DNA of 64,000 nt. Origin: an uncultured archaeon. GTDB lineage: Archaea; Asgardarchaeota; Lokiarchaeia; Sigyniarchaeales; SOKP01. This document shows, piece after piece, positions 1 through 9,962 of this stretch (its first letter is position 1; every line of letters begins with the position of its first letter). The stretch lies in contig CAZWEM010000015.1 of NCBI GenBank assembly GCA_964632315.1, positions 20,521-84,520 on the forward strand. The letters run 5' to 3'. Position numbers and translations under genes: made by a program. Under the pieces are notes generated by a model. The model did not search any database, was not told where the DNA came from, and saw only the letters and a list, made by a program, of their open reading frames with translations.

Positions 1-479
1 CGTGCTTCTTCTGAATTTAATTCTAAATTTTCTGCAGAAAGTGTCGTACCCTTTTCTCTTTGGTGGGTTGTAGCTGCACTAAAGTAAGCCGCAGTTTTAT
101 ACATTTTACTAGATTCAACCATTGCAATTATTGAATTTTCAAAATCTTCCTCTTCTTCAAATTTCTCTGAAAGCTTATTGAATGCCTTAGCCATTATCCA
201 CAATGAATGAGCACATTCAAACATAATATCATTAATAGGGATTTCCCGATTGTTTTCAGCAGGATCCATAAAATTTCGAGTTATATCAAGTTCATCCAAA
301 ATTTTTGAATGATCCTCATTTTGATAATTTATATTTAAAATCTTAGTATATTCTAAAACAAGATTCAGATCATCTATTGTGACGCTTTCTTCTTCTTTTT
401 CTAAAGCATCATCTAAATGTTTTATTTTATAATGGAGGTAACGTATTCTTTGCATTACCTCTTGTGGAAAAAAAGTCAT
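1..479 (-). CDS. Hypothetical alpha-helical protein, 3' end truncated by window edge (MTFFPQEVMQRIRYLHYKIKHLDDALEK...)
   Basis: Hand translation: ATG at 479-477, open frame to position 1; not in ORF track because there is no stop in the window. Confidence 0.8.
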   Translation of the reverse strand, partial: MTFFPQEVMQRIRYLHYKIKHLDDALEKEEESVTIDDLNLVLEYTKILNINYQNEDHSKILDELDITRNFMDPAENNREIPINDIMFECAHSLWIMAKAFNKLSEKFEEEEDFENSIIAMVESSKMYKTAAYFSAATTHQREKGTTLSAENLELNSEEA

Positions 480-611
480 CTTTCAATACTTTAGTTTTTA
501 GTCAAATTTTAATTAAGTTAAATAATATTATCATCCCTTTAAAACTAATCTAAAATTAGTTAATTATGGACTTTCAAGATAACAAATAAATTAATTGAAA
601 GATGGGAAGAA

Positions 612-1895
612 ATGCATACTCAACGAATTTTTATATATGAACACATTTCGGGGGGTGGATTTAACAATAGGGAGATTCCACTTTCACTTTTTTCTGAAGG
701 GTTTGGCATGTTAAGGACTATTATAGAGGATTTCAAGGCACTTGACTTTGAAGTTAAAACTATGTTAGATTATAGAATATTGAAAATGTCAAATCTCCTA
801 AATTGTGATTACATTATGGAAGTAAAAAGAGGAATGACTATTATCCAAGAATTTAAATCTTTAATTAAAGATTGCCAATATGTATTCATTATTGCTCCCG
901 AATTTTCAAAAGTTTTATACAAGTTCACTAAAGTTGCTGAAGATATGGGAAAAACACTTCTTAGCATGAATTCATCTCCAATACTTTTAGGGAGTTCCAA
1001 ATTTCAAACATATAACTTCTTTAAGAATTCAGGAATACTTACTCCAAAGACTTTTTATATTAAGAATTTTAATTATAAAATTAGTATGGAGGATTTACGA
1101 AAGTCTTATCACCTAATACACTCACCAGCTATATTAAAACCGGAAGATGGTGTCGGTGCAGAATCAGTATATTTAATTAGAAATGAAAGAGACCTTGAAA
1201 ATATTATTAGTAAGGAAAAGCAATATCTGGATGGTAATCGAGATTACGTTCTTCAAGAATACATAAATGGTACAGATTTAAGTGCTTCCATCATAAAACA
1301 GGAAAATCAATTAATAATTCTTTCTATAAATTCCCAAAAAATTAAACTCATCAAAAATAAGATTAACTATTTAGGAGGAATGACTCCAGCAGAGAATTCT
1401 GATCATATCAAAAAAGAAATCATTGAATTAACTGAAAATCTTGATTTAACCAAATTTAAAGGATACTTCGGAATTGATTTTATTAGAATGGCTGATGGTA
1501 AGATATACTTAATAGAAATTAATCCTAGACTAACTACTTCTTATCTTGGGGTTAGAAACGTTTCTAAAGCAAATCCAATGCTGTTATTAGTGTATCCAGA
1601 TGCAAATCCAGATGAGATTATTGATTCAAGCTATAAATATTGTTCGGAATATTATCATATGAAACTAAAATATAATGGCGTAGATGATCCACTTGAATTA
1701 TGGGGAGATATATTTAATAGTATTCACGAGATCATTACTCCACCATTACCTTTAAATCTCAAATTTCAAGAAAATAAAATTTTCACATGTTTTGTTTCAA
1801 TAAAAGGGAAAAATATCAAACAGATTCAAAAGAGAAAAAGATCACTGTTGCATCAATTAAAAAAACTTAATTTTCAATTATATAGCCAGGGTTAA
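612..1895 (+). CDS. ATP-grasp ligase, MfnD (tyramine--L-glutamate ligase)-like
   Basis: EGFGML..IIEDF and FIIAPE N-terminal motifs; KPEDGVGA, LQEYING, GYFGIDF, IEINPRLTTSY ATP-grasp motifs. Confidence 0.75.
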   Translation: MHTQRIFIYEHISGGGFNNREIPLSLFSEGFGMLRTIIEDFKALDFEVKTMLDYRILKMSNLLNCDYIMEVKRGMTIIQEFKSLIKDCQYVFIIAPEFSKVLYKFTKVAEDMGKTLLSMNSSPILLGSSKFQTYNFFKNSGILTPKTFYIKNFNYKISMEDLRKSYHLIHSPAILKPEDGVGAESVYLIRNERDLENIISKEKQYLDGNRDYVLQEYINGTDLSASIIKQENQLIILSINSQKIKLIKNKINYLGGMTPAENSDHIKKEIIELTENLDLTKFKGYFGIDFIRMADGKIYLIEINPRLTTSYLGVRNVSKANPMLLLVYPDANPDEIIDSSYKYCSEYYHMKLKYNGVDDPLELWGDIFNSIHEIITPPLPLNLKFQENKIFTCFVSIKGKNIKQIQKRKRSLLHQLKKLNFQLYSQG

Positions 1896-2777
1896 AATTA
1901 CTGAAAATCCCCCATAATGTAATAAGAGTGATAATATTAACGCATTTTCAATTTTTAATTGTTTATAGGTGCTAATAGAATAAGTTAATATCCATAATGA
2001 CCATGCTTGAAGGAGAATCATGATAATATTGTCCAAAATACTTATTGATGGTAATTCAATTAGGTTTAAAACTCTAAAAGCGTAATGAATTATGAGAAAA
2101 AAGTCTGAGGGAATAAATATAAAAGCAAATGTATTAAAGAATTCTTTTGCATTGTTTTTATTTTTAAAAACTAATCGGATAAGGCCTTCCACTATGAAGA
2201 AGTACACTAAGTAGTTCAATATGAACAAAATTGCCCCTAAGATATTCGTAAACGGTGCTTGAATATTTTCATTATTCGGGAAAGAACTAAATAACAAAAA
2301 AAATGGGAACAAATTAGTTAAATAGCAAAAAACTGCACCAATTACTAAAATCAAAAGGGAAATCATCAAGGGAATAAAATTTAAGGAATTAGAGTTACTA
2401 ATAAATCTCTTTGGAGTAAGATACATTAAAGCTTTCAAAATAGGAGAATTAAATTCTTTGCTTGAAATATCCCTTGTGATATTTATTATATTTTCCTTCA
2501 ATGAATTATACGCGAGTTGACCAAGATCGGTAAGATAATATTTTTTATCACTTTTTTGTTCTATCAGTTGAGACAAAGCATCTAGATGATGATAAATAGT
2601 GCCAGTACTTACCTTCAATTCCTTTTTAAGAATTGTAAAGGAAGAAAAACCGTTGTCACCAATTATTTCTATCATTCTTCTTCTAATTTTATGCCCCAAA
2701 GCGTAATAAAAGTTAGACTCTAATTCTTTCTCTTTACTGGATTGATTATCTTCAGTATTATTTTCTTCCCTACTAAT
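1878..2777 (-). CDS. ArsR-type winged-HTH fused to multi-pass (Yip1-like) membrane domain; probable ATT start at 2777
   Basis: FYYALGHKIRRRMIEII...STGTIYHHLDAL HTH followed by ~5 TM helices. The track start (TTG 2699) cuts into helix 1; the frame is open upstream to an ATT overlapping the TAA of the previous gene. Confidence 0.75.
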   Translation of the reverse strand: MSREENNTEDNQSSKEKELESNFYYALGHKIRRRMIEIIGDNGFSSFTILKKELKVSTGTIYHHLDALSQLIEQKSDKKYYLTDLGQLAYNSLKENIINITRDISSKEFNSPILKALMYLTPKRFISNSNSLNFIPLMISLLILVIGAVFCYLTNLFPFFLLFSSFPNNENIQAPFTNILGAILFILNYLVYFFIVEGLIRLVFKNKNNAKEFFNTFAFIFIPSDFFLIIHYAFRVLNLIELPSISILDNIIMILLQAWSLWILTYSISTYKQLKIENALILSLLLHYGGFSVILTLAI

Positions 2778-3208
2778 TACTCTACATCCCCAATTCTTCT
2801 TTGAATTAAAATGTTCATGATATCCAATAAAACTAAGAGTGCTCCAACAATTGAAAGGTAAAACCCAATCTCTGCAGACCCAATATATGGCAAATCTTGA
2901 GGGATTAATTCAACTAAGAAAATTAAGAAAAATCCCAAACCAATAAAAATTATTATAACAGAATTAACCTTATATTCTCCCTTAAATAATATCAACAAGG
3001 TCCCTACCAATGTGATACTGCCACTGATTAATGGAAATAAAAAAAGAAAAGAATCTTCCAATGAAAACGATATCATAATTAAATAGATACTAAAGAGGGA
3101 TATTCCTGAAAACCATGATAAAAATTGTGAAAGAATCATCAATATTGAGCCAATTATCCCTATAAGCCTTAGATCCAAAAATTTCTTTATCTCCACTGTT
3201 TCCACCAA
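2777..3208 (-). CDS. Small 4-TM membrane protein
   Basis: Four hydrophobic segments; upstream of and coupled to the HTH-membrane gene. Confidence 0.7.
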   Translation of the reverse strand: MVETVEIKKFLDLRLIGIIGSILMILSQFLSWFSGISLFSIYLIMISFSLEDSFLFLFPLISGSITLVGTLLILFKGEYKVNSVIIIFIGLGFFLIFLVELIPQDLPYIGSAEIGFYLSIVGALLVLLDIMNILIQRRIGDVE

Positions 3209-3308
3209 AATAATAAGTTAGATTCAAATAGTATAAAATAACTAGATAATATTAATTTAATTTTGATATAAATTATCAAAAAGCTGAATATTATTAAAAC
3301 TGATTTCT

Positions 3309-4682
3309 ATGAAAAATAATGACGAAGAACAAGCAGATATGGATTCGATCCCTCTCTTCGATTATTTAAAAAAGCAAATTCCAGTCGAAGAAATTAGAGA
3401 TTACGCATCACCTAAACGAATCACTAGTATTGATGTTGTAAAAGGATTTGCAATTATTTTCATCATATTGGCTCATACCGGTGGATCTTGGCTTAATATG
3501 CAATGGAAATTTTTTTATGGTGTTGCATTTGCTTTTTTAGATATATTAGGGCCTTCTCTTTTTGTATTTTTGTCTGCGTTAAGCGTAGTATTTAGCATCC
3601 GGAAAAAACAAGGCAGAGTTCCATATAAGGTGTTGAGAAACGGGATATTAACTAGGGGTTTGATTATCATCATAATTGGAGTAATTTTTAATATCACATC
3701 ATATTCAACTACTGTTAAAGGATACAGTTTTCCTTTTAATTTGTGGGGGTGGAACATACTTTTATTCATTGGTTTTTCCCAGATATTTTCATTATATGCC
3801 TTGAGATTAGGAAAAATAACAAGAAGCTTCATTGGATTGATTATTATCTTTACTAGTGATGCTGTGAGACAATATCTTTATAATCTTAAAGAGTCAGGAG
3901 ATATAATCGGAACCTTTTTGCATTATCTTCTCGTATCACCTGTAGCAATGACTCCTATCATTCCATGGTTATCAATTTGCTTTCTATCGACTATATTTGG
4001 AGAATATCTTTATGAAGCTATGATAGGGGGTAAAAAGCAAGATTATGTCTATCTCTGTCGATTGTTTTTAGCATGGGGAATTATTTTAGTAGGGATTGGA
4101 GTATTTCTTGGTAGAGGGTTATATGTTCCTGGAACGGAATGGATAAACGTAAGCAATGGATCTGTTGGAGTATTGCCCGTAAGCGAATACCCCCATTTAG
4201 ATCTTTTTAGTGTCATTAATTCTCAAGTGTTTTTTCCCCAAATGCGATGGGCTGGTCTATGGGAATTTCTTATCAGGGGCCGAGGCTCAAATATGATATA
4301 CAATCTTGGAGCTGCTTTATTAATTATTGCTATATGGTTTTATATCGTTGATCTGAAAAAGAAGAGCAATATTTTTATTAGCATGTTAAAGTACTATGGT
4401 AAGATCTCTCTAAGTTTATTTTTACTTCATTACATCTTTGTCACATTATTTTACGGATTTTTCGATATTGTATTTTTTATCATTATTTGTCTCGGTTATA
4501 CGGGCTTTTGGGGTTTTCTAATGTATTTATGGAATGAATTTTTTGATGGGAAAGGCTCTCCTGAATGGTTAATGGTTCAAATAGGGCGTATTGGTCAAAA
4601 AACGACCCATACTGTTAAAAAGGAGTTCCATATCATCGAAGAAGAGATCAAAGGGACAGTACAAAAACTAAAAGAGAAATAG
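3309..4682 (+). CDS. Heparan-alpha-glucosaminide N-acetyltransferase-like (DUF1624) membrane acyltransferase
   Basis: RITSIDVVKGFAIIFIILAH motif, many TM helices, YGKISLSLFLLH, SPEW C-terminal motif. Confidence 0.75.
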   Translation: MKNNDEEQADMDSIPLFDYLKKQIPVEEIRDYASPKRITSIDVVKGFAIIFIILAHTGGSWLNMQWKFFYGVAFAFLDILGPSLFVFLSALSVVFSIRKKQGRVPYKVLRNGILTRGLIIIIIGVIFNITSYSTTVKGYSFPFNLWGWNILLFIGFSQIFSLYALRLGKITRSFIGLIIIFTSDAVRQYLYNLKESGDIIGTFLHYLLVSPVAMTPIIPWLSICFLSTIFGEYLYEAMIGGKKQDYVYLCRLFLAWGIILVGIGVFLGRGLYVPGTEWINVSNGSVGVLPVSEYPHLDLFSVINSQVFFPQMRWAGLWEFLIRGRGSNMIYNLGAALLIIAIWFYIVDLKKKSNIFISMLKYYGKISLSLFLLHYIFVTLFYGFFDIVFFIIICLGYTGFWGFLMYLWNEFFDGKGSPEWLMVQIGRIGQKTTHTVKKEFHIIEEEIKGTVQKLKEK

Positions 4683-4811
4683 AACATACAACTTTTGTTC
4701 TTTTTGTCTTTTTTCTGGTCGATCTTTACGATGAAATAATAAATATATAAATATGCTCAATATAATATATCAACTATCAAATAATTAAACATGATTTAAC
4801 GGGTTTTCAAG

Positions 4812-5330
4812 ATTTCTGAAACGTACAAATTCAAAATTACACTTTTTGGCGCTGGAGGAGTGGGAAAAACATCTTTATTGATAAGATACATAAAAGATTA
4901 CTTTAATCCGGACTTAAAACAAACGATTGGTTCCAATTTTCTAATAAAAGATGTTGAACTCGGTGATATTAACGTGCGCCTTCTAATTTGGGATATCGGT
5001 GGACAAGAACAATTTGCTAAACTTAGAACAATTTATTTTAAAGGAAGTAACGGTGCTCTAGGAGTTTATGATTTAACTGAACCTCAATCTTTATTAAAAT
5101 TACCTGGATGGGTTAGTAGTATAAAAAAATCGGTTAAGAAAACCATTCCAATGGTGATTCTTGGGAATAAGAATGACTTAGATAGACAAGTAGAGAAATC
5201 CGAAGCTCAAGACTTATCTAGTCGATTAAATTGTGAATATCTTGAAACTTCCGCTAAGACTGGACAAAATGTCGAAAAAGCATTTGAATACATAGCTAAG
5301 GCTTGCTTAGATCAAGTTCTACAATCATAA
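4812..5330 (+). CDS. Rab/Ras-like small GTPase; probable ATT start at 4812
   Basis: G1 GAGGVGKT (begins upstream of the track GTG at 4860), G2 TIG, G3 WDIGGQE, G4 NKND, G5 ETSAK; in-frame TAA at 4797-4799. Confidence 0.92.
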   Translation: MSETYKFKITLFGAGGVGKTSLLIRYIKDYFNPDLKQTIGSNFLIKDVELGDINVRLLIWDIGGQEQFAKLRTIYFKGSNGALGVYDLTEPQSLLKLPGWVSSIKKSVKKTIPMVILGNKNDLDRQVEKSEAQDLSSRLNCEYLETSAKTGQNVEKAFEYIAKACLDQVLQS

Positions 5331-5945
5331 TTTTATATGATATGTCTTTAATTTCTCAATAAGATCCTCAATATCGACAAATCTAATCGTATTAATTCCC
5401 AACTCGCTAGCAGACCTTACATTATTAAGTCCGTCATCAATAAAGAGTATTTCACTCGCTTGGCATTCTGCTTTATCAATTGCTAATTGAAAAATTTCGG
5501 GATCTGGTTTTGTGAGGTGAACTTCATGAGAAAGAATAAAATCATCAAAAATATCCCAAATATCCCACTTTCTCTTCTTCAAATAATTCCAATGGCTTGC
5601 ATTAATATTAGATATACAAATGAATCTGAAATTGTTTTTTTTTCTAATTTTTTTAATTAAATCTACCATATCTTTATTTAAATCGGAGATTATGCTATTA
5701 AATGCTTTGAAAAAATCTTCTTTATTTAAAGAACAAATTCTTAATAATTCACAGGCTTGCTGATAAAATTCTTCATCACTGATGATTCCTTGATGATACG
5801 TGTCTGACTGTCTAAAGAATTCTAACATTATTGGTGTTTTTGGTTTATTTAAAGGAGAGGGTGTAATTACTTCGTTAAAAAACTGGCTGAAGTCTAAATT
5901 AATGACAACATCTCCAAGATCAAATATAATACATTTTATCTCCAT
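5325..5945 (-). CDS. HAD-superfamily hydrolase (subfamily IA)
   Basis: FDLGDV, ISN, KPDPEIF, FIDD motifs; AGGTGA SD upstream. Confidence 0.9.
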   Translation of the reverse strand: MEIKCIIFDLGDVVINLDFSQFFNEVITPSPLNKPKTPIMLEFFRQSDTYHQGIISDEEFYQQACELLRICSLNKEDFFKAFNSIISDLNKDMVDLIKKIRKKNNFRFICISNINASHWNYLKKRKWDIWDIFDDFILSHEVHLTKPDPEIFQLAIDKAECQASEILFIDDGLNNVRSASELGINTIRFVDIEDLIEKLKTYHIKL

Positions 5946-5957
5946 ATTGAAATCACC

Positions 5958-8018
5958 TTATTTTCTAAAATACACTTTAGTCGAAAACTTTCGTAAAGGA
6001 ACGGGTAACTTATATTTAGGATAGTTCTGAGCATCTTGATCAAGAAACTCCAATAATTTACTTAATTTTACATTATTGAATTGTTTTGAAGTCGCTTTCT
6101 TAGGACCGAATGACTCTCCAATAAGCCTTTTTCTAATAGAGATTGCTTGATTCTCTTGCTCTTTCCGACCAATTATTATGACATAAGGTATCCATTCTAC
6201 TTCTGCTTGTCTAATTTTTTTACCAATCGTTTCATTTCGATCATCAAAATCAACTCTATAAGATTCTTTCGTAAGGATCTGCAGAATTTTTTCAGCATAA
6301 CTATTTTGATCATCACTTATTGTTAAAATTCTTACCTGAATTGGGGATAACCACGTTTTAAATCCTGGAACTATCTTATCTTTATTTCTAATAGCTGTTT
6401 CAATTAATCCCCACAATATTCTCTCAATCCCTCCCGTTGGAGAGTTATGCAAGATAATAGGATATTTTACTGAACCATCTTCATCAACAAATTTTATATC
6501 ATATTTCTGCCGCTTCTTTCCATCTTTATCATACATGAATTCCAATGAACTTTCGACATCAATTTGATTTGTAGCTAAAGTGGCCGTTCTATTTTGAGCA
6601 GATAAAACGGTTTTCTCGAATTTTAAAATGAAATAATAATATCTATCTTCCCATAATTCGATTAAAGCTGCTTTATTTTCTGATTTTAGAAGATCAACGA
6701 TCCAACCTTTATTCTCATCATAAAAATCTTTAGTCATTCTAAAAACAATATTAGATTCAACTCCTAAATCCCTTTCAAGCCGTCTTATCAAATCGTACTG
6801 CAGTTTGAATTCTTCAATTGCTGATTCCATATCTTTGCAGAGCGTATGAAGATCTGGCATGATAAATCCCCTTAACCTTCTTAATCCACTTAGTTCTCCT
6901 TCTTGTTCTCGTCTGAAATCATACTGTTCGAACTCATATAATCTTAGGGGGAAATAACTTGGTTTTAAATTCATTTTGCTTACCATGTCAAATAATAAAA
7001 AGTCAGATGCAAATCTTAATAGATATCTATCATTTCCAGATTCAACCCAGTAAGTTCTGGCTGGAAATCTTGCCGTTTGAGCGGTTAGTTTTTTATTTTT
7101 AACCGTATACATTATAGGAGTGTCAACAAGTAAAGCACCATAATCAATTAGGCGTTCTTCGATATAATTCTTTATAATATTTCTCATCATCATTCCCTTG
7201 GTATACCACCGGAAAATACCCTTATCACTATTCGGATCGAAATCAACTAATTCTAACTCCTTCATTACAGCTATATGAACTGGTTCTTCTGATTTATCAG
7301 CTCTCCTAGATCCTAATTCCGATTTTATAAATAAGAAAAAATCCTCATCATCAAGAGATTTTAACGGTCTAATGGTCTCATCTTTATTATACTGTATCGG
7401 TTCCTCCTCTCCAGAAGGGAGTAAGACTTTAAATTCTGCATTCATAATGTGTTCTTCTGGTTGAATATATAATTTGACATCTCGATACATTTCTGCAACT
7501 TCATGACCAATGCAATTTACTTTAAAAGATTTGTACCATCCAAAAGGAGAATAACTTGCTTCAATGCCTCTTTCCTTTAAGAATTCAGCGATTTTGGGAC
7601 ACACATCCATTGCGCTATCATCACTGCTTAAAAACTTACTTAAATGAGCCCAAGGATAGACTAATACCTTATCGACATGATACATTTCTCTCTCTTTAAT
7701 GAGTTCTTTTAATTTTCTAAGTTTTCCTTTAATTTTTCCTAACTCAATCTCCTTATTATGGACTCTAATTTCCTCGTTTTTCAGCTGAATTTTCTCTGGA
7801 AAACTTGAAATTTGGATTATTGCATCTTCTATAACATCTGCTCCTTGTTTAGCTATCAAGTCAATATCATACGTATCTTGATCTTCAACAGAAATGTAAG
7901 CGATGAGTATTAATCCATCCAATTTAATTATCTTATCGGGGAATTCTTGAGGGTTACTTGTAGCTTCCTTATTTTTCACAACTTCCACTCCATTGGAGTG
8001 AATCAATAACATCTTCAT
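5958..8018 (-). CDS. thrS: Threonine--tRNA ligase, archaeal type with N-terminal editing domain
   Basis: LVYPWAHLS, PFGWYKSFKVNCIGH editing domain; FRREQEGELSGLRRLRGFIMPDLH; GGIER; WLSPIQV anticodon domain. Confidence 0.96.
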   Translation of the reverse strand: MKMLLIHSNGVEVVKNKEATSNPQEFPDKIIKLDGLILIAYISVEDQDTYDIDLIAKQGADVIEDAIIQISSFPEKIQLKNEEIRVHNKEIELGKIKGKLRKLKELIKEREMYHVDKVLVYPWAHLSKFLSSDDSAMDVCPKIAEFLKERGIEASYSPFGWYKSFKVNCIGHEVAEMYRDVKLYIQPEEHIMNAEFKVLLPSGEEEPIQYNKDETIRPLKSLDDEDFFLFIKSELGSRRADKSEEPVHIAVMKELELVDFDPNSDKGIFRWYTKGMMMRNIIKNYIEERLIDYGALLVDTPIMYTVKNKKLTAQTARFPARTYWVESGNDRYLLRFASDFLLFDMVSKMNLKPSYFPLRLYEFEQYDFRREQEGELSGLRRLRGFIMPDLHTLCKDMESAIEEFKLQYDLIRRLERDLGVESNIVFRMTKDFYDENKGWIVDLLKSENKAALIELWEDRYYYFILKFEKTVLSAQNRTATLATNQIDVESSLEFMYDKDGKKRQKYDIKFVDEDGSVKYPIILHNSPTGGIERILWGLIETAIRNKDKIVPGFKTWLSPIQVRILTISDDQNSYAEKILQILTKESYRVDFDDRNETIGKKIRQAEVEWIPYVIIIGRKEQENQAISIRKRLIGESFGPKKATSKQFNNVKLSKLLEFLDQDAQNYPKYKLPVPLRKFSTKVYFRK

Positions 8019-8138
8019 GATAAACTCTCTTATATGTATCTAAAACCATTAAAATATAAAAAATTCTAAATAGTCTACTTACTTTTGATAATTATCAGCA
8101 TTTCAAATTAATTATCACTAAAATATTTATCCATTAGT

Positions 8139-8762
8139 ATGAGTCTTAATAATATTTTCTCCGAACTGACGGAGTATTTAGACAAATTAGATAAAATTAG
8201 AGAACATATTTTAAAGATTTCTCGAGAAATCGTACGTGATTGTAGTATTGCCATAAAAAATTCACATCGTAATGAAGATCAAGATTTCATTGAAAAAATG
8301 AGTCAAGTAAAAATTAAACACGAGGAACTAATGGGTTTAGTTGACGAAGAACCAGGATTTTTTGCTAAATACTTAAAGGTACCAGAACAAGAATACGTTG
8401 AAGCAATTATATTAAACTCAATAATTCACAATAGGAGCTATCCCTCTCCAAAAGAATTAAATGTAAATCCGTTGCACTATGCTCTTGGATTAACGGATGT
8501 CATTGGAGAACTAAGAAGATACATTTTAGATAATATTGGTGATTCAAAAATTCAAGATCTAAGAAAGATTTTAGAAAATATGGATGAGATCTACACTTAT
8601 CTTTTTTCAGTGGATTATCCCTCAGGATTGACACAAGATTTAAGACATAAAACTGATATTGCAAGAAATATCATTGAAAAGACTAGAGGAGATGTCTCAA
8701 TCACATTACAAATGAATGAACTGAAAAATTGTATTGAACATAATATCCAGCAAAAAGAATAA
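8139..8762 (+). CDS. Translin/TRAX (C3PO) family endoribonuclease
   Basis: REHILKISREI, QEYVEA, YALGLTDVIGELRR, LRHKTD motifs; acidic catalytic residues retained. Confidence 0.9.
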   Translation: MSLNNIFSELTEYLDKLDKIREHILKISREIVRDCSIAIKNSHRNEDQDFIEKMSQVKIKHEELMGLVDEEPGFFAKYLKVPEQEYVEAIILNSIIHNRSYPSPKELNVNPLHYALGLTDVIGELRRYILDNIGDSKIQDLRKILENMDEIYTYLFSVDYPSGLTQDLRHKTDIARNIIEKTRGDVSITLQMNELKNCIEHNIQQKE

Positions 8763-8802
8763 ATTCAGCAAATCTAATAAAAAAAAGTTTGATGATGGAC
8801 AG

Positions 8803-9240
8803 ATGGTTAAAAAAGTACTTATTGCTGGGACTTTCGATTTAATACATCCAGGACACTTATTCTTAATTAATGAAGCTGCAAAATTAGGGGATGTGTATGT
8901 TGTGGTAGCAACAGACAAGAATAGAAAGATTTATTCTGGTGAATTTCCAATCGTCCCTCAAGAACAACGTTTAGAAGTTGTTAGAAACATTAAAAATGTG
9001 AAAGTGGCGAGAATTGGACGAAATGATAACAATACTCTTAGGACTGTAGAGGAGATAAATCCAGATATCATTTTACTTGGTCCTGATCAGAAATATGAGA
9101 TTAATGTTCTCAAGCAAGGTTTGAAAGAAATCGGTTTAAATAAAATTGAGGTTAAGCGTTTAAATACTTATTATGATAAATTTCCTCTTCATTCCTCAAG
9201 ACTCATTAAAAAGAAAGTTATCGAACGATATAAGGAATAA
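8803..9240 (+). CDS. ribL: FAD synthase (archaeal cytidylyltransferase family)
   Basis: GTFDLIHPGH, PDIILLGPDQ, SSRLIK; adjacent to ribK; ATG 8803 preferred over overlapping TTG 8734. Confidence 0.85.
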   Translation: MVKKVLIAGTFDLIHPGHLFLINEAAKLGDVYVVVATDKNRKIYSGEFPIVPQEQRLEVVRNIKNVKVARIGRNDNNTLRTVEEINPDIILLGPDQKYEINVLKQGLKEIGLNKIEVKRLNTYYDKFPLHSSRLIKKKVIERYKE

Positions 9241-9245
9241 AACAA

Positions 9246-9962
9246 ATGGATGATAAAGAAGAGATCACTCCGAATAATTATGCGAACTGGTTTGCACTTT
9301 ATAGATTATGCCAATTAATAAATCAGAATCCTTACATATTAATTAATAGTTCTGAATTCGGAAATTTGCTTGGTTTGAGTCAACAAACGGGGAGTAGGCG
9401 CATTAACGAGTTAATTGATTTAGGTTGGATAAAAAGGAAGATAGAAGGTAAATCTCAAAAAATTTCAATTACTAAAAAAGGAGCAAATATAATGCTCCAA
9501 ATATATAAAAATCTTAAGAAACTTCTGGAATCCATTTTAATTGTGGGCGAAGTTTGTGAGGGAATGCATGAAGGAGGCTATTATGTCTCAATTAAAGGTT
9601 ATTTTGATCAGTTTAAAGATAAATTGGGATTTGAACCCTATAAAGGAACTTTAAATTTAAAACTTAGTGACACAGACATTTCAATACTGAGAGAAAAATT
9701 AGATAATATTGTCCCCATAATGATTGATGGTTTTAAAGATCAAAATCGAGAATATGGACCAGTAAGATGTTATGATGTTATCATTACTAGATTAGATAAT
9801 ATGATTAAACAAAGGAAGGCAGCTATTTTAGATATTCAGAGAACACACCATGAAAAAAATATAATAGAAATCCTTGCAAAGCCATTTTTAAGGGATTACC
9901 TCAATTTAAAAGATGGAGATAAATTAATCATAGAAGTTATTAAAAATTCACGCTATAAATGA
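9246..9962 (+). CDS. ribK: CTP-dependent riboflavin kinase with N-terminal wHTH
   Basis: SQQTGSRRI HTH; GMHEGGYY, LGFEPYKGTLN, RTHH, LRDYLNLKDGD. Confidence 0.93.
   Translation: MDDKEEITPNNYANWFALYRLCQLINQNPYILINSSEFGNLLGLSQQTGSRRINELIDLGWIKRKIEGKSQKISITKKGANIMLQIYKNLKKLLESILIVGEVCEGMHEGGYYVSIKGYFDQFKDKLGFEPYKGTLNLKLSDTDISILREKLDNIVPIMIDGFKDQNREYGPVRCYDVIITRLDNMIKQRKAAILDIQRTHHEKNIIEILAKPFLRDYLNLKDGDKLIIEVIKNSRYK

Noticed and set aside
3261-8097. TGATA..TATCA inverted repeats at 3261-3281 and 8086-8097 as a shared operator
   Set aside because: Spacing differs between sites and such AT-rich palindromes are expected by chance here
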